Below are positions 1 to 8,156 of a stretch of 50,103 bases of DNA, piece after piece. Numbering within the stretch: the first letter of the stretch is position 1; each line of letters begins with the position of its first letter. The notes beneath the pieces were generated by a model that was given only the letters and a program-made list of their open reading frames with translations, did no database searches and was not told the DNA's origin. The stretch lies in contig RDXG01000200.1 of assembly GCA_004292785.1 (NCBI GenBank), positions 1 to 50,103 on the forward strand, given 5' to 3'. The position numbers and the translations under genes are program-made. The DNA is from Bacteroidota bacterium. GTDB taxonomy: Bacteria; Bacteroidota; Bacteroidia; Cytophagales; Thermoflexibacteraceae.

Positions 1-1
1 A

Positions 2-1165
2 GGTACAAAGCAAATTCAAATCATTAGCACCGCCAATTTGCCTTTTGCAGAAATCAATTTGGATTTGCCAAACATCAACCCTACTGATCCTGCTTATGTA
101 CTGTTTACTTCAGGCAGTACAGGCATTCCAAAAGGCGTTCCGATTAGCTATAACAACATCAATTCTTTCATGAACGCTTTTTATGCTTTGGGATATAAAA
201 TTGATGAAAATGATCGTTTTTTGCAAGTTTTTGATCTCTCTTTTGATCTTTCGGTCATGTCTTACCTTGCGCCTTTGCAAATTGGGGCTTGCGCCTACAC
301 AGTGGCAAGCGGAAAAACCAAATATTTGGCAACTTATGCTTTGTTAGAAGAGCAAGAACTTACTTTTGCTTTGATGGTGCCTTCGGTTTTGAATTATTTG
401 AAACCTTATTTTGACGATATTCGCCTAGAAAAATTGCGTTATTCTTTGTTTTGTGGCGAGGCTTTGTACGAAGATATGGTTTCGCAGTGGGCAAATTGCG
501 TTCCTAATGCCTTGATTCAGAATGTTTATGGACCTACCGAAGCTACTATTTTTTGTTTGACTTACGATTGGAAAGCCGATCACAGCCCTGAAAAAGCCTT
601 TAATGGCATTGTTTCTATTGGAAAACCAATGAAAAATATGAGTGCAGTGGTCGTAAACGAAAAATCTGAACTACTTGCACAAGGCGAAAAAGGCGAACTC
701 TGTTTGCTTGGTGGACAGCTTACGGCAGGTTATTGGAACAATCCCGAAAAAAATGCGCAAGCCTTTTTTATTACGCAAATCAATGGCGTAGAAACCGTTT
801 GTTACCGCACAGGCGACATTGCTTTTGTGGACAAAGATGGCGATTTTACCTTTTGTGGCAGAGTAGATCATCAGGTGAAAGTGCAGGGCGGTTATCGGGT
901 CGAATTGAGTGAAATTGAGCATTATGCACGCCAATTTACCAATTTGAATGTGGCGGCAGTTGCCAAAGAAAACGCCATGGGAATTTCGCAAATTTATTTG
1001 TTTTTAGAGAAATACGAAGGAAAAATGGAAGAGTTAAGCAATTTTATGATCGAAAAATTGCCTTCTTATATGCAACCTTCCAAAATTCTGAATTTGGATA
1101 TTTTTCCTTTGAATGTAAACGGAAAAATAGACCGTAAAGTGTTGAAAGACAGTATTTTAAATTAA
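2..1165 (+). CDS. NRPS-type adenylation (AMP-binding) domain protein, DltA-like; 5' end cut by window edge
   Basis: The frame is open from nt 2 (GTKQIQIISTANL precedes the first Met at 38). Core motifs: TSGSTGIPKG (A3), NVYGPTE (A5), GELCLLGGQLTAGYW (A6), YRTGD (A7), GRVDHQVKVQGGYRVELSEIE (A8), LPSYMQP (A9), NGKIDRK (A10). Confidence 0.9.
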   Translation, partial: GTKQIQIISTANLPFAEINLDLPNINPTDPAYVLFTSGSTGIPKGVPISYNNINSFMNAFYALGYKIDENDRFLQVFDLSFDLSVMSYLAPLQIGACAYTVASGKTKYLATYALLEEQELTFALMVPSVLNYLKPYFDDIRLEKLRYSLFCGEALYEDMVSQWANCVPNALIQNVYGPTEATIFCLTYDWKADHSPEKAFNGIVSIGKPMKNMSAVVVNEKSELLAQGEKGELCLLGGQLTAGYWNNPEKNAQAFFITQINGVETVCYRTGDIAFVDKDGDFTFCGRVDHQVKVQGGYRVELSEIEHYARQFTNLNVAAVAKENAMGISQIYLFLEKYEGKMEELSNFMIEKLPSYMQPSKILNLDIFPLNVNGKIDRKVLKDSILN

Positions 1166-1173
1166 TTTATTAC

Positions 1174-1206
1174 AACTTTTATAAGGCTTTTAGCCTTATA
1201 AAAGTT
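1174..1206. terminator. bidirectional intrinsic terminator between convergent genes
   Basis: Perfect 14-bp stem AACTTTTATAAGGC / GCCTTATAAAAGTT with a 5-nt loop and A/T-rich flanks. Confidence 0.75.
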
Positions 1207-1898
1207 TAAAAATAGATCACCAAATTTTTTCTTTCTGCATGGATGGTCAAATTGTCCATAATTTCGGCTTTTAAACCCATTTTTTGAATGATTTTTTGCA
1301 AATCTTGAACCGATATTTTGAGTAATTTATTTCGTAATTGGTAATAAGAAGAAAAGCGCGCATACAACACAAATTGAAAAAAAGCAAGCAAAAAACCATG
1401 CCGAATTGCCCTGCCAAACAAACTAATCACATCTTGTAAAGCTCCATCTTGAACGATAATGTCTGCAATAATCAGTATTCCGCCTTGCTGCGAAACTTTT
1501 TGCATTTCCAAAATCAATTTTTCTACTTCTTCTGTATTTTTGAAATATTGAATCACACTCATCACCACAATTTTACTAAATTTTTGATCTTTGATCACTT
1601 CAAAATTCAAATAATCATTTGGATCGATCTGCAAAAATTGAACAGAATCAAATTGTTTAAATTTCTCTTGTCCTGATTTTACATAATCACTAGAAACGTC
1701 TAAAGCGGTTATATTTTTGACTTTTTTGGCGAAAAAATCTTCTAAATAAGCAGGACCGCAACCAATATCCAATATTTTATCTTCAGAAGAAATATTAAAT
1801 AATTGTTGTATTTTTTTTGCAAAAAGTACGGTATTTAAGCGCATAATTTTGTCAAAACCGTGTGCATTTTGCCAAAATTGTGTCCATTGATTCGCCAT
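1206..1898 (-). CDS. class I SAM-dependent methyltransferase
   Basis: 230-aa ORF with SAM-binding motif I (ILDIGCGPAY) followed by an acidic strand end (ITALDVS). Convergent with the A-domain gene. Confidence 0.85.
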   Translation of the reverse strand: MANQWTQFWQNAHGFDKIMRLNTVLFAKKIQQLFNISSEDKILDIGCGPAYLEDFFAKKVKNITALDVSSDYVKSGQEKFKQFDSVQFLQIDPNDYLNFEVIKDQKFSKIVVMSVIQYFKNTEEVEKLILEMQKVSQQGGILIIADIIVQDGALQDVISLFGRAIRHGFLLAFFQFVLYARFSSYYQLRNKLLKISVQDLQKIIQKMGLKAEIMDNLTIHAERKNLVIYF

Positions 1899-2072
1899 GT
1901 GTTTGTATTTTATTCTTAAAAATTTATTTTATTTTTTTCAAAGCCTACAAAACTAAGTTAATTTGTGTGAAAGAACAATATTTTTTGTTTTTTTCTGAAA
2001 AAAAAGTTTTTTCTTAAGAAATGTTATTTTGTTGTTTGATCTTTGCGAAATATTTTAGCATTATCTGATTTT

Positions 2073-3233
2073 ATGAAATTGATCATTCGTTTTTTTAGAG
2101 AAATATTTTTTAAAAATCCAAAAATTTTGTTGGCTTTTTATGTGTTTGGTTCGATGATTCCAACCATAAAATCCTATTTTATTAACCACGAATTGCCTAA
2201 CAATTATTTGGTTTTTCAATATGCTTTGACGCATTTTTTGGATCGCACCAATCTGTATTTGGAATATCCTAGCCAATATTATGACCATTTTTATTATGGT
2301 GTAATTTTTGTTTTTATGATTGCCCCTTTTGCAATTTTGCCGTTTTGGTTGGGCGTTTTTTTGTGGAATATTGCGGTTGCTTTGCTGATGTTTTGGGTCA
2401 TTCGCAAATTGCCTTTTTCGCCTGCGCAAAATTTGGCGATTGGCTGGTGGAGTTGGCACAATTTCCTTATTTCTGCCATGAATCACCAAAGCCACCCTAT
2501 TGTTTTGGTGATGATTTTGACGTGTTTTGTATTTTTTGAAGGCAAAAAACCATTTTTTGCGGCTTTAATGATTGTTTGGGGATTTTTGTTCAAACTTTAT
2601 GGCATTGTTGGACTTGCTTTTGTCTTGTTGTATCCGCCGCAATTTCTAAAATCTGTGTTTTCGGGTATTTTTTGGGCAGTTGTGCTTTTTTGTTTGCCCA
2701 TGATTTTTAGTTCTCCCGACTATATTTTGCAATGTTATCAGGATTGGTTGGCAGCTTTGCTAGACAAAAACGACCTCAATGCAAACAGTTTGATGCAAGA
2801 TTATACCACCGCAGGCTTTTTGCGTAGAACCATTTATCCCGAAATTTCTGCTGTGTTGGTGATTGCTGTTTTCATGTTTTTGTTTGCTTTGGTTTATTTT
2901 CGTTGGAATAATTTTCAGTTTTTTCGTTTTCGGGTCTTGATTTTGTGCTTTGTTTGCATTATTGCCACCATTTTTAGTTCGAGTGCCGAAAGTTCTACCT
3001 TTGTGATTGCTTTTACAGGCGTTTCTATTTGGTTTGTGCTTTCGCCCAAAAATATTTGGAATGTGGGTTTGTTTGTTGGGGCGTTGATTTTTAGTAGTTT
3101 TTACGCTACCGATTTGTTTCCAAAATTTTTGCGAGACGAATTTGTGCGTGCTTATTCTTTGCCTGCCTTGTTTCCGAGCTTGATTATGTGCAAAATTTTG
3201 TATGAATTATTGACAAAAAAATTTAGTGATTGA
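2073..3233 (+). CDS. polytopic membrane protein, possibly a GT87/DUF2029-like glycosyltransferase
   Basis: ATG at 2073 (the track start at 2043 is TTG). Roughly 10 hydrophobic helices and no soluble domain. The family call is from overall pattern only and is tentative. Confidence 0.6.
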   Translation: MKLIIRFFREIFFKNPKILLAFYVFGSMIPTIKSYFINHELPNNYLVFQYALTHFLDRTNLYLEYPSQYYDHFYYGVIFVFMIAPFAILPFWLGVFLWNIAVALLMFWVIRKLPFSPAQNLAIGWWSWHNFLISAMNHQSHPIVLVMILTCFVFFEGKKPFFAALMIVWGFLFKLYGIVGLAFVLLYPPQFLKSVFSGIFWAVVLFCLPMIFSSPDYILQCYQDWLAALLDKNDLNANSLMQDYTTAGFLRRTIYPEISAVLVIAVFMFLFALVYFRWNNFQFFRFRVLILCFVCIIATIFSSSAESSTFVIAFTGVSIWFVLSPKNIWNVGLFVGALIFSSFYATDLFPKFLRDEFVRAYSLPALFPSLIMCKILYELLTKKFSD

Positions 3234-3353
3234 TGATTTTTACCAAAAACCTTTATAGGGTTCAAAACTCTAAAGAAAGTCAGACGAAAGTCGGACAAGA
3301 ATTTGGTTATGGAAGATATAAGTTCTACGAACTAAAAATATGAAATTTTTTAA

Positions 3354-3399
3354 CCAAACCTTTGTAAGATTCAAAAACTTACAAAGGTTTGATTATCAA
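3354..3399. repeat. 13-bp perfect hairpin plus an 11-nt palindrome TTGATTATCAA; a degenerate direct copy lies at 3243-3278
   Basis: AAACCTTTGTAAG (3356-3368) / CTTACAAAGGTTT (3378-3390), then TTGATTATCAA (3389-3399) abutting the stop of the S41 peptidase gene. 3243-3278 (accaaaaacctttatagggttcaaaactctaaag) is a diverged copy. Confidence 0.75.
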
Positions 3400-5013
3400 T
3401 TACTTATTTAAACTTTCTGCTTTGTCAAACAAACGCAAAGATTGTTGAAAAACCGAATCTGCTTGGTTTGAAATTCTGTAATACCCTTCTTCTTTCCAAA
3501 AGAATTTGGCAATATCTGCCTTAATTTCGTTCATAATCCATGCTTTTGAACGTTCATATTCTGTCGGTTTGAACTCAATATTCACCTGCGCCAAAAGTTT
3601 TAAAAAGTCTTTCAAAATGCTTTCATTCACAACAAATTTGTTTTCAAAATCTGTTAAAGTCTTGGAACGCCACTCTTTTTCGTGAGCCAATGCGTATCGA
3701 AGTGCAAAAACAGTGAGCGCACTTTTGGCGTAAATTTGGTTCAAAAATTTGGTCAAATACATGGTATCCAAAGACACAAAACTGTCGGGCATCACGCCAC
3801 CTCCGCCATAAACTACTCTGCCTTTGGTGGTTTTGTAAGGCACAGATTTATCGAGTTTCACGCTGTCGGCATGGTAAAGTTCGGCATGGCTTCGGTTGTA
3901 ATATTCGTTCATATATTCGTCATTTTTGCCTTTTTCGTAGGGTTTTTGAATACATCTTCCGCTAGGCGTGTAATATCTGGAAATGGTTAAACGCAATTCT
4001 GAACCATCTTTGAGGTCGATGGGGCGTTGTACCAAACCTTTGCCAAAAGACCTTCTGCCCACAATCCATGCTCGGTCATGATCTTGCAAAGAACCCGATA
4101 CAATTTCGGAAGCAGAGGCACTGTTTTCGTCAATTAAAACGATCAAATTTCCTTTTTCGAACAAACCTTTGGTTTCGCAATGATATTTTTCGTCGAATTG
4201 CGTATTTTTGCTTTTGGTATAAACCACCAATTTCTCGCCTTCCAAAAACTCATCAATAATTTTGATCGCTGCACTCATGTACCCGCCTGGGTTATCTCTC
4301 AAATCTAAAACAAGTTGTTTCATTCCAGATTGAATCATTTTTTCGAGGGCTTCCTTAAATTCTTCGTATGTTTTTGCCCCAAAACGATTAATTTTCAGAT
4401 AACCCGTTTTTGCATCCACCATGTAAGAAACATCAACTGTATAAAGTGGTATTTTTCCGCGTGTAATTGTAATTTTTAAGGGTTGTTTTTTTCGCAAAAC
4501 GGTTACAAGCACTTTTGTACCGCTCTCGCCTTTGAGTTTTTGATGCACATGATCATAATTCAGGCTGTCTGTAACTACACTTTTGTCATCGACGGCAATA
4601 ATTTGATCTCCTGCTTGCAAACCTTCGGCTTGTGCAGGGCTGCCTTCCATAGTCTTTAAAACGACAATGGTGTCCCTAAAAATATTAAATTCAATGCCAA
4701 TTCCATCAAAATTCCCGATCAGGCGCGAATTTGCTTCTTTCAAATCTTTGGCAGGAATATATGACGTATGCGGATCGAGTTGGCTTAACATTTCTTTAAT
4801 GGCTCTTTCTGCAATTTCGTTGGTATTGACCGAATCCACATAATATTCATCAATATTTATCAAAATATCTTTGAGTTTGGAAGAGGCGGAATCCACGCTT
4901 TCGGTATTTTTTTTTGCAAACATTTTCGCGCCAATCAAAATGCCTATGGTCAAAGCAAGCGCAACGAAAATAGGAAGGCGAACATACAGATATTGCTTTT
5001 TTTTGTCTGTCAT
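3400..5013 (-). CDS. S41 family carboxy-terminal processing peptidase (PDZ domain)
   Basis: 537 aa with an N-terminal membrane anchor and a PDZ segment (GSPAQAEGLQAGDQIIAVD). S41 core: DLRDNPGGY, SASASEIVSG, GRRSFGKGLVQ. Confidence 0.9.
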   Translation of the reverse strand: MTDKKKQYLYVRLPIFVALALTIGILIGAKMFAKKNTESVDSASSKLKDILINIDEYYVDSVNTNEIAERAIKEMLSQLDPHTSYIPAKDLKEANSRLIGNFDGIGIEFNIFRDTIVVLKTMEGSPAQAEGLQAGDQIIAVDDKSVVTDSLNYDHVHQKLKGESGTKVLVTVLRKKQPLKITITRGKIPLYTVDVSYMVDAKTGYLKINRFGAKTYEEFKEALEKMIQSGMKQLVLDLRDNPGGYMSAAIKIIDEFLEGEKLVVYTKSKNTQFDEKYHCETKGLFEKGNLIVLIDENSASASEIVSGSLQDHDRAWIVGRRSFGKGLVQRPIDLKDGSELRLTISRYYTPSGRCIQKPYEKGKNDEYMNEYYNRSHAELYHADSVKLDKSVPYKTTKGRVVYGGGGVMPDSFVSLDTMYLTKFLNQIYAKSALTVFALRYALAHEKEWRSKTLTDFENKFVVNESILKDFLKLLAQVNIEFKPTEYERSKAWIMNEIKADIAKFFWKEEGYYRISNQADSVFQQSLRLFDKAESLNK

Positions 5014-5296
5014 TGAAACGGCTTGTTATTTTTTTTCAAAAATAATAAAAAAAGATAGGAAAAAGTAATTTTCGAAATTTAATCAACAGAAATAATGTTT
5101 TAGGTTTACTAACGTCTAAACAAAGATGAGGAGATAATCTTTGTCTATTCTCTTTTTTGAGTGAGCTGCTTCTCAAAATGCTACGCACAAAAAACATATT
5201 AAAAAATTCTTTTAACTTTTTTATTTGCTTTGTCAATGTTTTAAAAAGCAATAAGTATCCAATTAAAATTAGTTATGATTATTTTATTAAGTAACT

Positions 5297-5360
5297 CCTT
5301 GATAATCAGATTTATCCGACACTTTTGAGGTGTCGGATAAATATACTCTGTTACTTATAA
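5297..5360 (+). repeat. dispersed 64-bp palindrome-containing element, copy A
   Basis: CCTTGATAATCAGATTTATCCGACACTTTTGAGGTGTCGGATAAATATACTCTGTTACTTATAA. Matches copy B at 56 of 64 positions by my manual alignment. Contains an 11-bp stem TTATCCGACAC/GTGTCGGATAA. Confidence 0.85.
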
Positions 5361-5365
5361 AAAAT

Positions 5366-5400
5366 AAGCCTTATAAAACACAGAATTATAAGGTTTATTT
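5366..5400 (-). terminator. intrinsic terminator after pnkp
   Basis: 11-bp stem AAGCCTTATAA / TTATAAGGTTT (one G-U) with T-runs on both sides. It lies just downstream of the pnkp stop at 5403. Confidence 0.7.
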
Positions 5401-5402
5401 TT

Positions 5403-7949
5403 TTATAAACGCGGATCAACTTCCTCGCTTTCCAAAGCCAAGACTCCAAATACACATTCATGGACTTTTCGCAAAGGTTCTTTTTTTACAAAGCGTTCCA
5501 AAGATTCTAAGCCTAAGGCAAACTCTCGCAAAGCTAGCGCGCGTTTTTTATTTAAACTCCTTATTTTCAAGGTTTTAAGATTATTTTTTTCGGTATATTC
5601 TGCTCCGTAAATAATTCTTAAATACTCTTTTCCTCTACATTTTACGGCAGGTTGTGCGAGTCCTTTTGTGGTTTTTACCAAAAAATGTTCAGGTTTTACC
5701 ACCATTCCTTCAAAACCTTTTGCGGTCAATTCCAACCACCAATTTGTTGCTTCGATTTTGCTGTTTTCGTCTTGCAAATCGACAATTTTGTAAGGTGTTT
5801 TTGTCAAAATTTTGACTTCTTCCACACAAAAATCTGCAATTTGTTGCAAATGCCAAAGGTGCGTTTTGTCGTGATGCACTGCGTTTTCTGTTGCCAAAAT
5901 ATGAAAAGGTGCAACCTTATAATCTTCAAAATTTTCGATTTTCCAGCAATAATTTCGATAAGATTTGATGTATTTGTCTATGTTTTCTGCCTTTTGCTGA
6001 TATTTTTCGTGCAATTCTTGAATGGGCAAATGTTTCGATTTTTCAAAAACTTGCAAAACTTCTTTCAAGGAATTTTGCGCCGAACTTCCGACTGCGGCAA
6101 ACTGATTTTTGATCAAATCTTGTGCTTTTGCCGACCAAGGCATCAATTCTGCGTCTAAACAAAGCCATTCTGTCTGAAATTTGTCCCAAAAATTACTTTT
6201 GGTAAGTGCAAAATTAATTTCTGAAAGAATTTTTTGCTCAATTTTTTGGTCATTAAAAAAACTTCTGCCTGTGCGTGTATAAATAATTCCCAAAGATTTT
6301 TCCAAAATTCCAAAACGTTTTTCTGGCACAGAATCGTCTTTACAAATGACCAAAACCGCGCGCGAACCCATGTGTTTTTGTTCACAAATCACGGTTTGCA
6401 CGTTTTCTTGGGCAAAATAATCAAAAGCCTGCGCAGGATATTCCAAAAAATCGGCTTGCGAACTTGTGGCACAAGGCGACATGGTTGGCGGAAGATAAAT
6501 CAACCATTTCGGATTGACAGCAAAACGACTCATGACTTCCAAAGCAGCAATAGAATTTTCTTCTTTGATGGTAATGTTGTGTGAAAAATTGGTCGAAATA
6601 ATGCGTTTTCCGCTTACATCTTCCATATCTAACAAATCGTCATCGATTTGTTGGGCAGAAAGTGTGGTTTTTGTTGCCAAAAACGGTCTTTTGGATTCGG
6701 CATAAATTTGTGCGGCTTTCACAGAAAAAATTTCTTTTTCGGGATATCGCAAAGCAGTCAATTTTCCACCAAAAACGCAACCTGTATCAATATTTAAGGT
6801 ATAATTTAACCATTCAGGTTCGGGAATTGGTGTGTGTCCGTAAACCACCATTGCCTTTCCTTTGTATTCAGAAGCCCAATTATAACGCACAGGAAGCCCA
6901 AATTCGTCAATTTCGCCTGTAGTTTCGCCATACATACAAAAAGATTTGACCGTTCCCGATCCTCGCCCTTGCATTTCCTCCCGCAAACCTGCGTGTGCCA
7001 CCACCAAACGCCCCTCATCAAAAACATAATGACTGATCAAATTTCTTAAAAAATGCTTTACTTCCTTAATAAATTCTGGCGATTCCTTGCCTAATTGATC
7101 CATAGTTTCAGCCAATCCGTGTTTGAGTAAAACGTCTTTTCCGTCTAGTTTTTGCAATAATTTGGCATCATGATTTCCCAACACACAAAAAGCCTTATTT
7201 TCGGCTTGCATTTGCATCACCAAACGCAAAACATCAGGCGAATTGTAGCCTCGATCTACCAAATCTCCCACAAAAACAGCTTTTCTGTTTGCAGGATTTT
7301 TTATTGTAAAACCTTGATTTTCAGACTTTTGTATGTCATAACCCAAATTGGTCAATAATTCTTGCAATTCGTTGAAACAACCATGCACGTCGCCAATAAT
7401 GTCAAAAGCACCTTTTTCGTGTTTTTTGTTATTCCAAAGTGGAACTCTATTTATGGAAATTTGATCTATTTCTTGGACAGATTCGAGGGTATAAATTTCC
7501 CTAAAACCTTCTTTTTTAAGCGTTCTTAAAGATTTTTTTACTTGGCTCGCATGGTTTGTCAAAACGTGTTTGCCAAAATTACGGTCTGAACGCGTGGCGT
7601 GGCGTTCTGCTAAAGTTTCAAAAGGCAAATTAAAAACAATGGCAATCGGGAAAACGTGATATTTTTTTGCCAACTGAACCAAAGTTTTTCGCGATTCCAT
7701 TTGCGTACTTGTGGCATCAATAACGGTCAAATTTCCACGTTTAATGCGTTTTCCTGCAATGTAATGCAAGGTTTCGAAGGCATCATTGGTGGCGTAGAGG
7801 TCGTTTTCGTTATCGGAAACTAAAGCCCTGCAAGCATCAGAAGAAATGACTTCGGTGGCTTTGAAATGCTTTTTGCAAAAAGTAGATTTGCCCGAACTGC
7901 TTGCCCCAATCAAAACCACCAAAGACAATTCGGGAAGATTGATTTGCAT
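5403..7949 (-). CDS. pnkp: polynucleotide kinase-phosphatase/ligase Pnkp (RNA repair)
   Basis: 848 aa with the three-module layout of bacterial Pnkp. Modules: P-loop kinase (GASSSGKST), calcineurin-type phosphoesterase (GDVHGC, GDLVDRG, GNHD), and a C-terminal nucleotidyltransferase/ligase module with a candidate motif I lysine (CEQKHMGSRA). It lies directly downstream of hen1. Confidence 0.9.
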   Translation of the reverse strand: MQINLPELSLVVLIGASSSGKSTFCKKHFKATEVISSDACRALVSDNENDLYATNDAFETLHYIAGKRIKRGNLTVIDATSTQMESRKTLVQLAKKYHVFPIAIVFNLPFETLAERHATRSDRNFGKHVLTNHASQVKKSLRTLKKEGFREIYTLESVQEIDQISINRVPLWNNKKHEKGAFDIIGDVHGCFNELQELLTNLGYDIQKSENQGFTIKNPANRKAVFVGDLVDRGYNSPDVLRLVMQMQAENKAFCVLGNHDAKLLQKLDGKDVLLKHGLAETMDQLGKESPEFIKEVKHFLRNLISHYVFDEGRLVVAHAGLREEMQGRGSGTVKSFCMYGETTGEIDEFGLPVRYNWASEYKGKAMVVYGHTPIPEPEWLNYTLNIDTGCVFGGKLTALRYPEKEIFSVKAAQIYAESKRPFLATKTTLSAQQIDDDLLDMEDVSGKRIISTNFSHNITIKEENSIAALEVMSRFAVNPKWLIYLPPTMSPCATSSQADFLEYPAQAFDYFAQENVQTVICEQKHMGSRAVLVICKDDSVPEKRFGILEKSLGIIYTRTGRSFFNDQKIEQKILSEINFALTKSNFWDKFQTEWLCLDAELMPWSAKAQDLIKNQFAAVGSSAQNSLKEVLQVFEKSKHLPIQELHEKYQQKAENIDKYIKSYRNYCWKIENFEDYKVAPFHILATENAVHHDKTHLWHLQQIADFCVEEVKILTKTPYKIVDLQDENSKIEATNWWLELTAKGFEGMVVKPEHFLVKTTKGLAQPAVKCRGKEYLRIIYGAEYTEKNNLKTLKIRSLNKKRALALREFALGLESLERFVKKEPLRKVHECVFGVLALESEEVDPRL

Positions 7950-8017
7950 ATTTTTTTATGATTTTTAGGTTAAAATTAATCTTTGTTAAGTATCAATGCT
8001 AAAATAGTTTATACTAT

Positions 8018-8094
8018 TGTAACACACCCTTCAGGGTGTGAACAAACTGATTATCAATAATTTACAAGACACACACCCTGAAGGGTGTGTTACA
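8018..8094. repeat. nested inverted repeat (two mirror-image hairpins) in the hen1-pnkp spacer
   Basis: TGTAACACACCCTTCAGGGTGTG (8018-8040) is the exact reverse complement of CACACCCTGAAGGGTGTGTTACA (8072-8094). Each arm is itself a 7-8 bp hairpin with a tetraloop. The spacer contains TGATTATCA (8048-8056). Confidence 0.9.
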
Positions 8095-8156
8095 TTTGAT
8101 TTTTTTTGTGATAACGCAATTATTTTTATTTATGTTTTACACAAGAAAATTCTTGT

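Noticed and set aside
5036-5251. 71-aa minus-strand ORF in the 390-nt spacer between the S41 peptidase gene and pnkp.
   Set aside because: The translation is low-complexity and basic, with no motif. It overlaps the likely promoter region of the peptidase gene, so I treat it as non-coding. The spacer does contain small hairpins (around 5130-5150 and 5155-5185) that I could not interpret.
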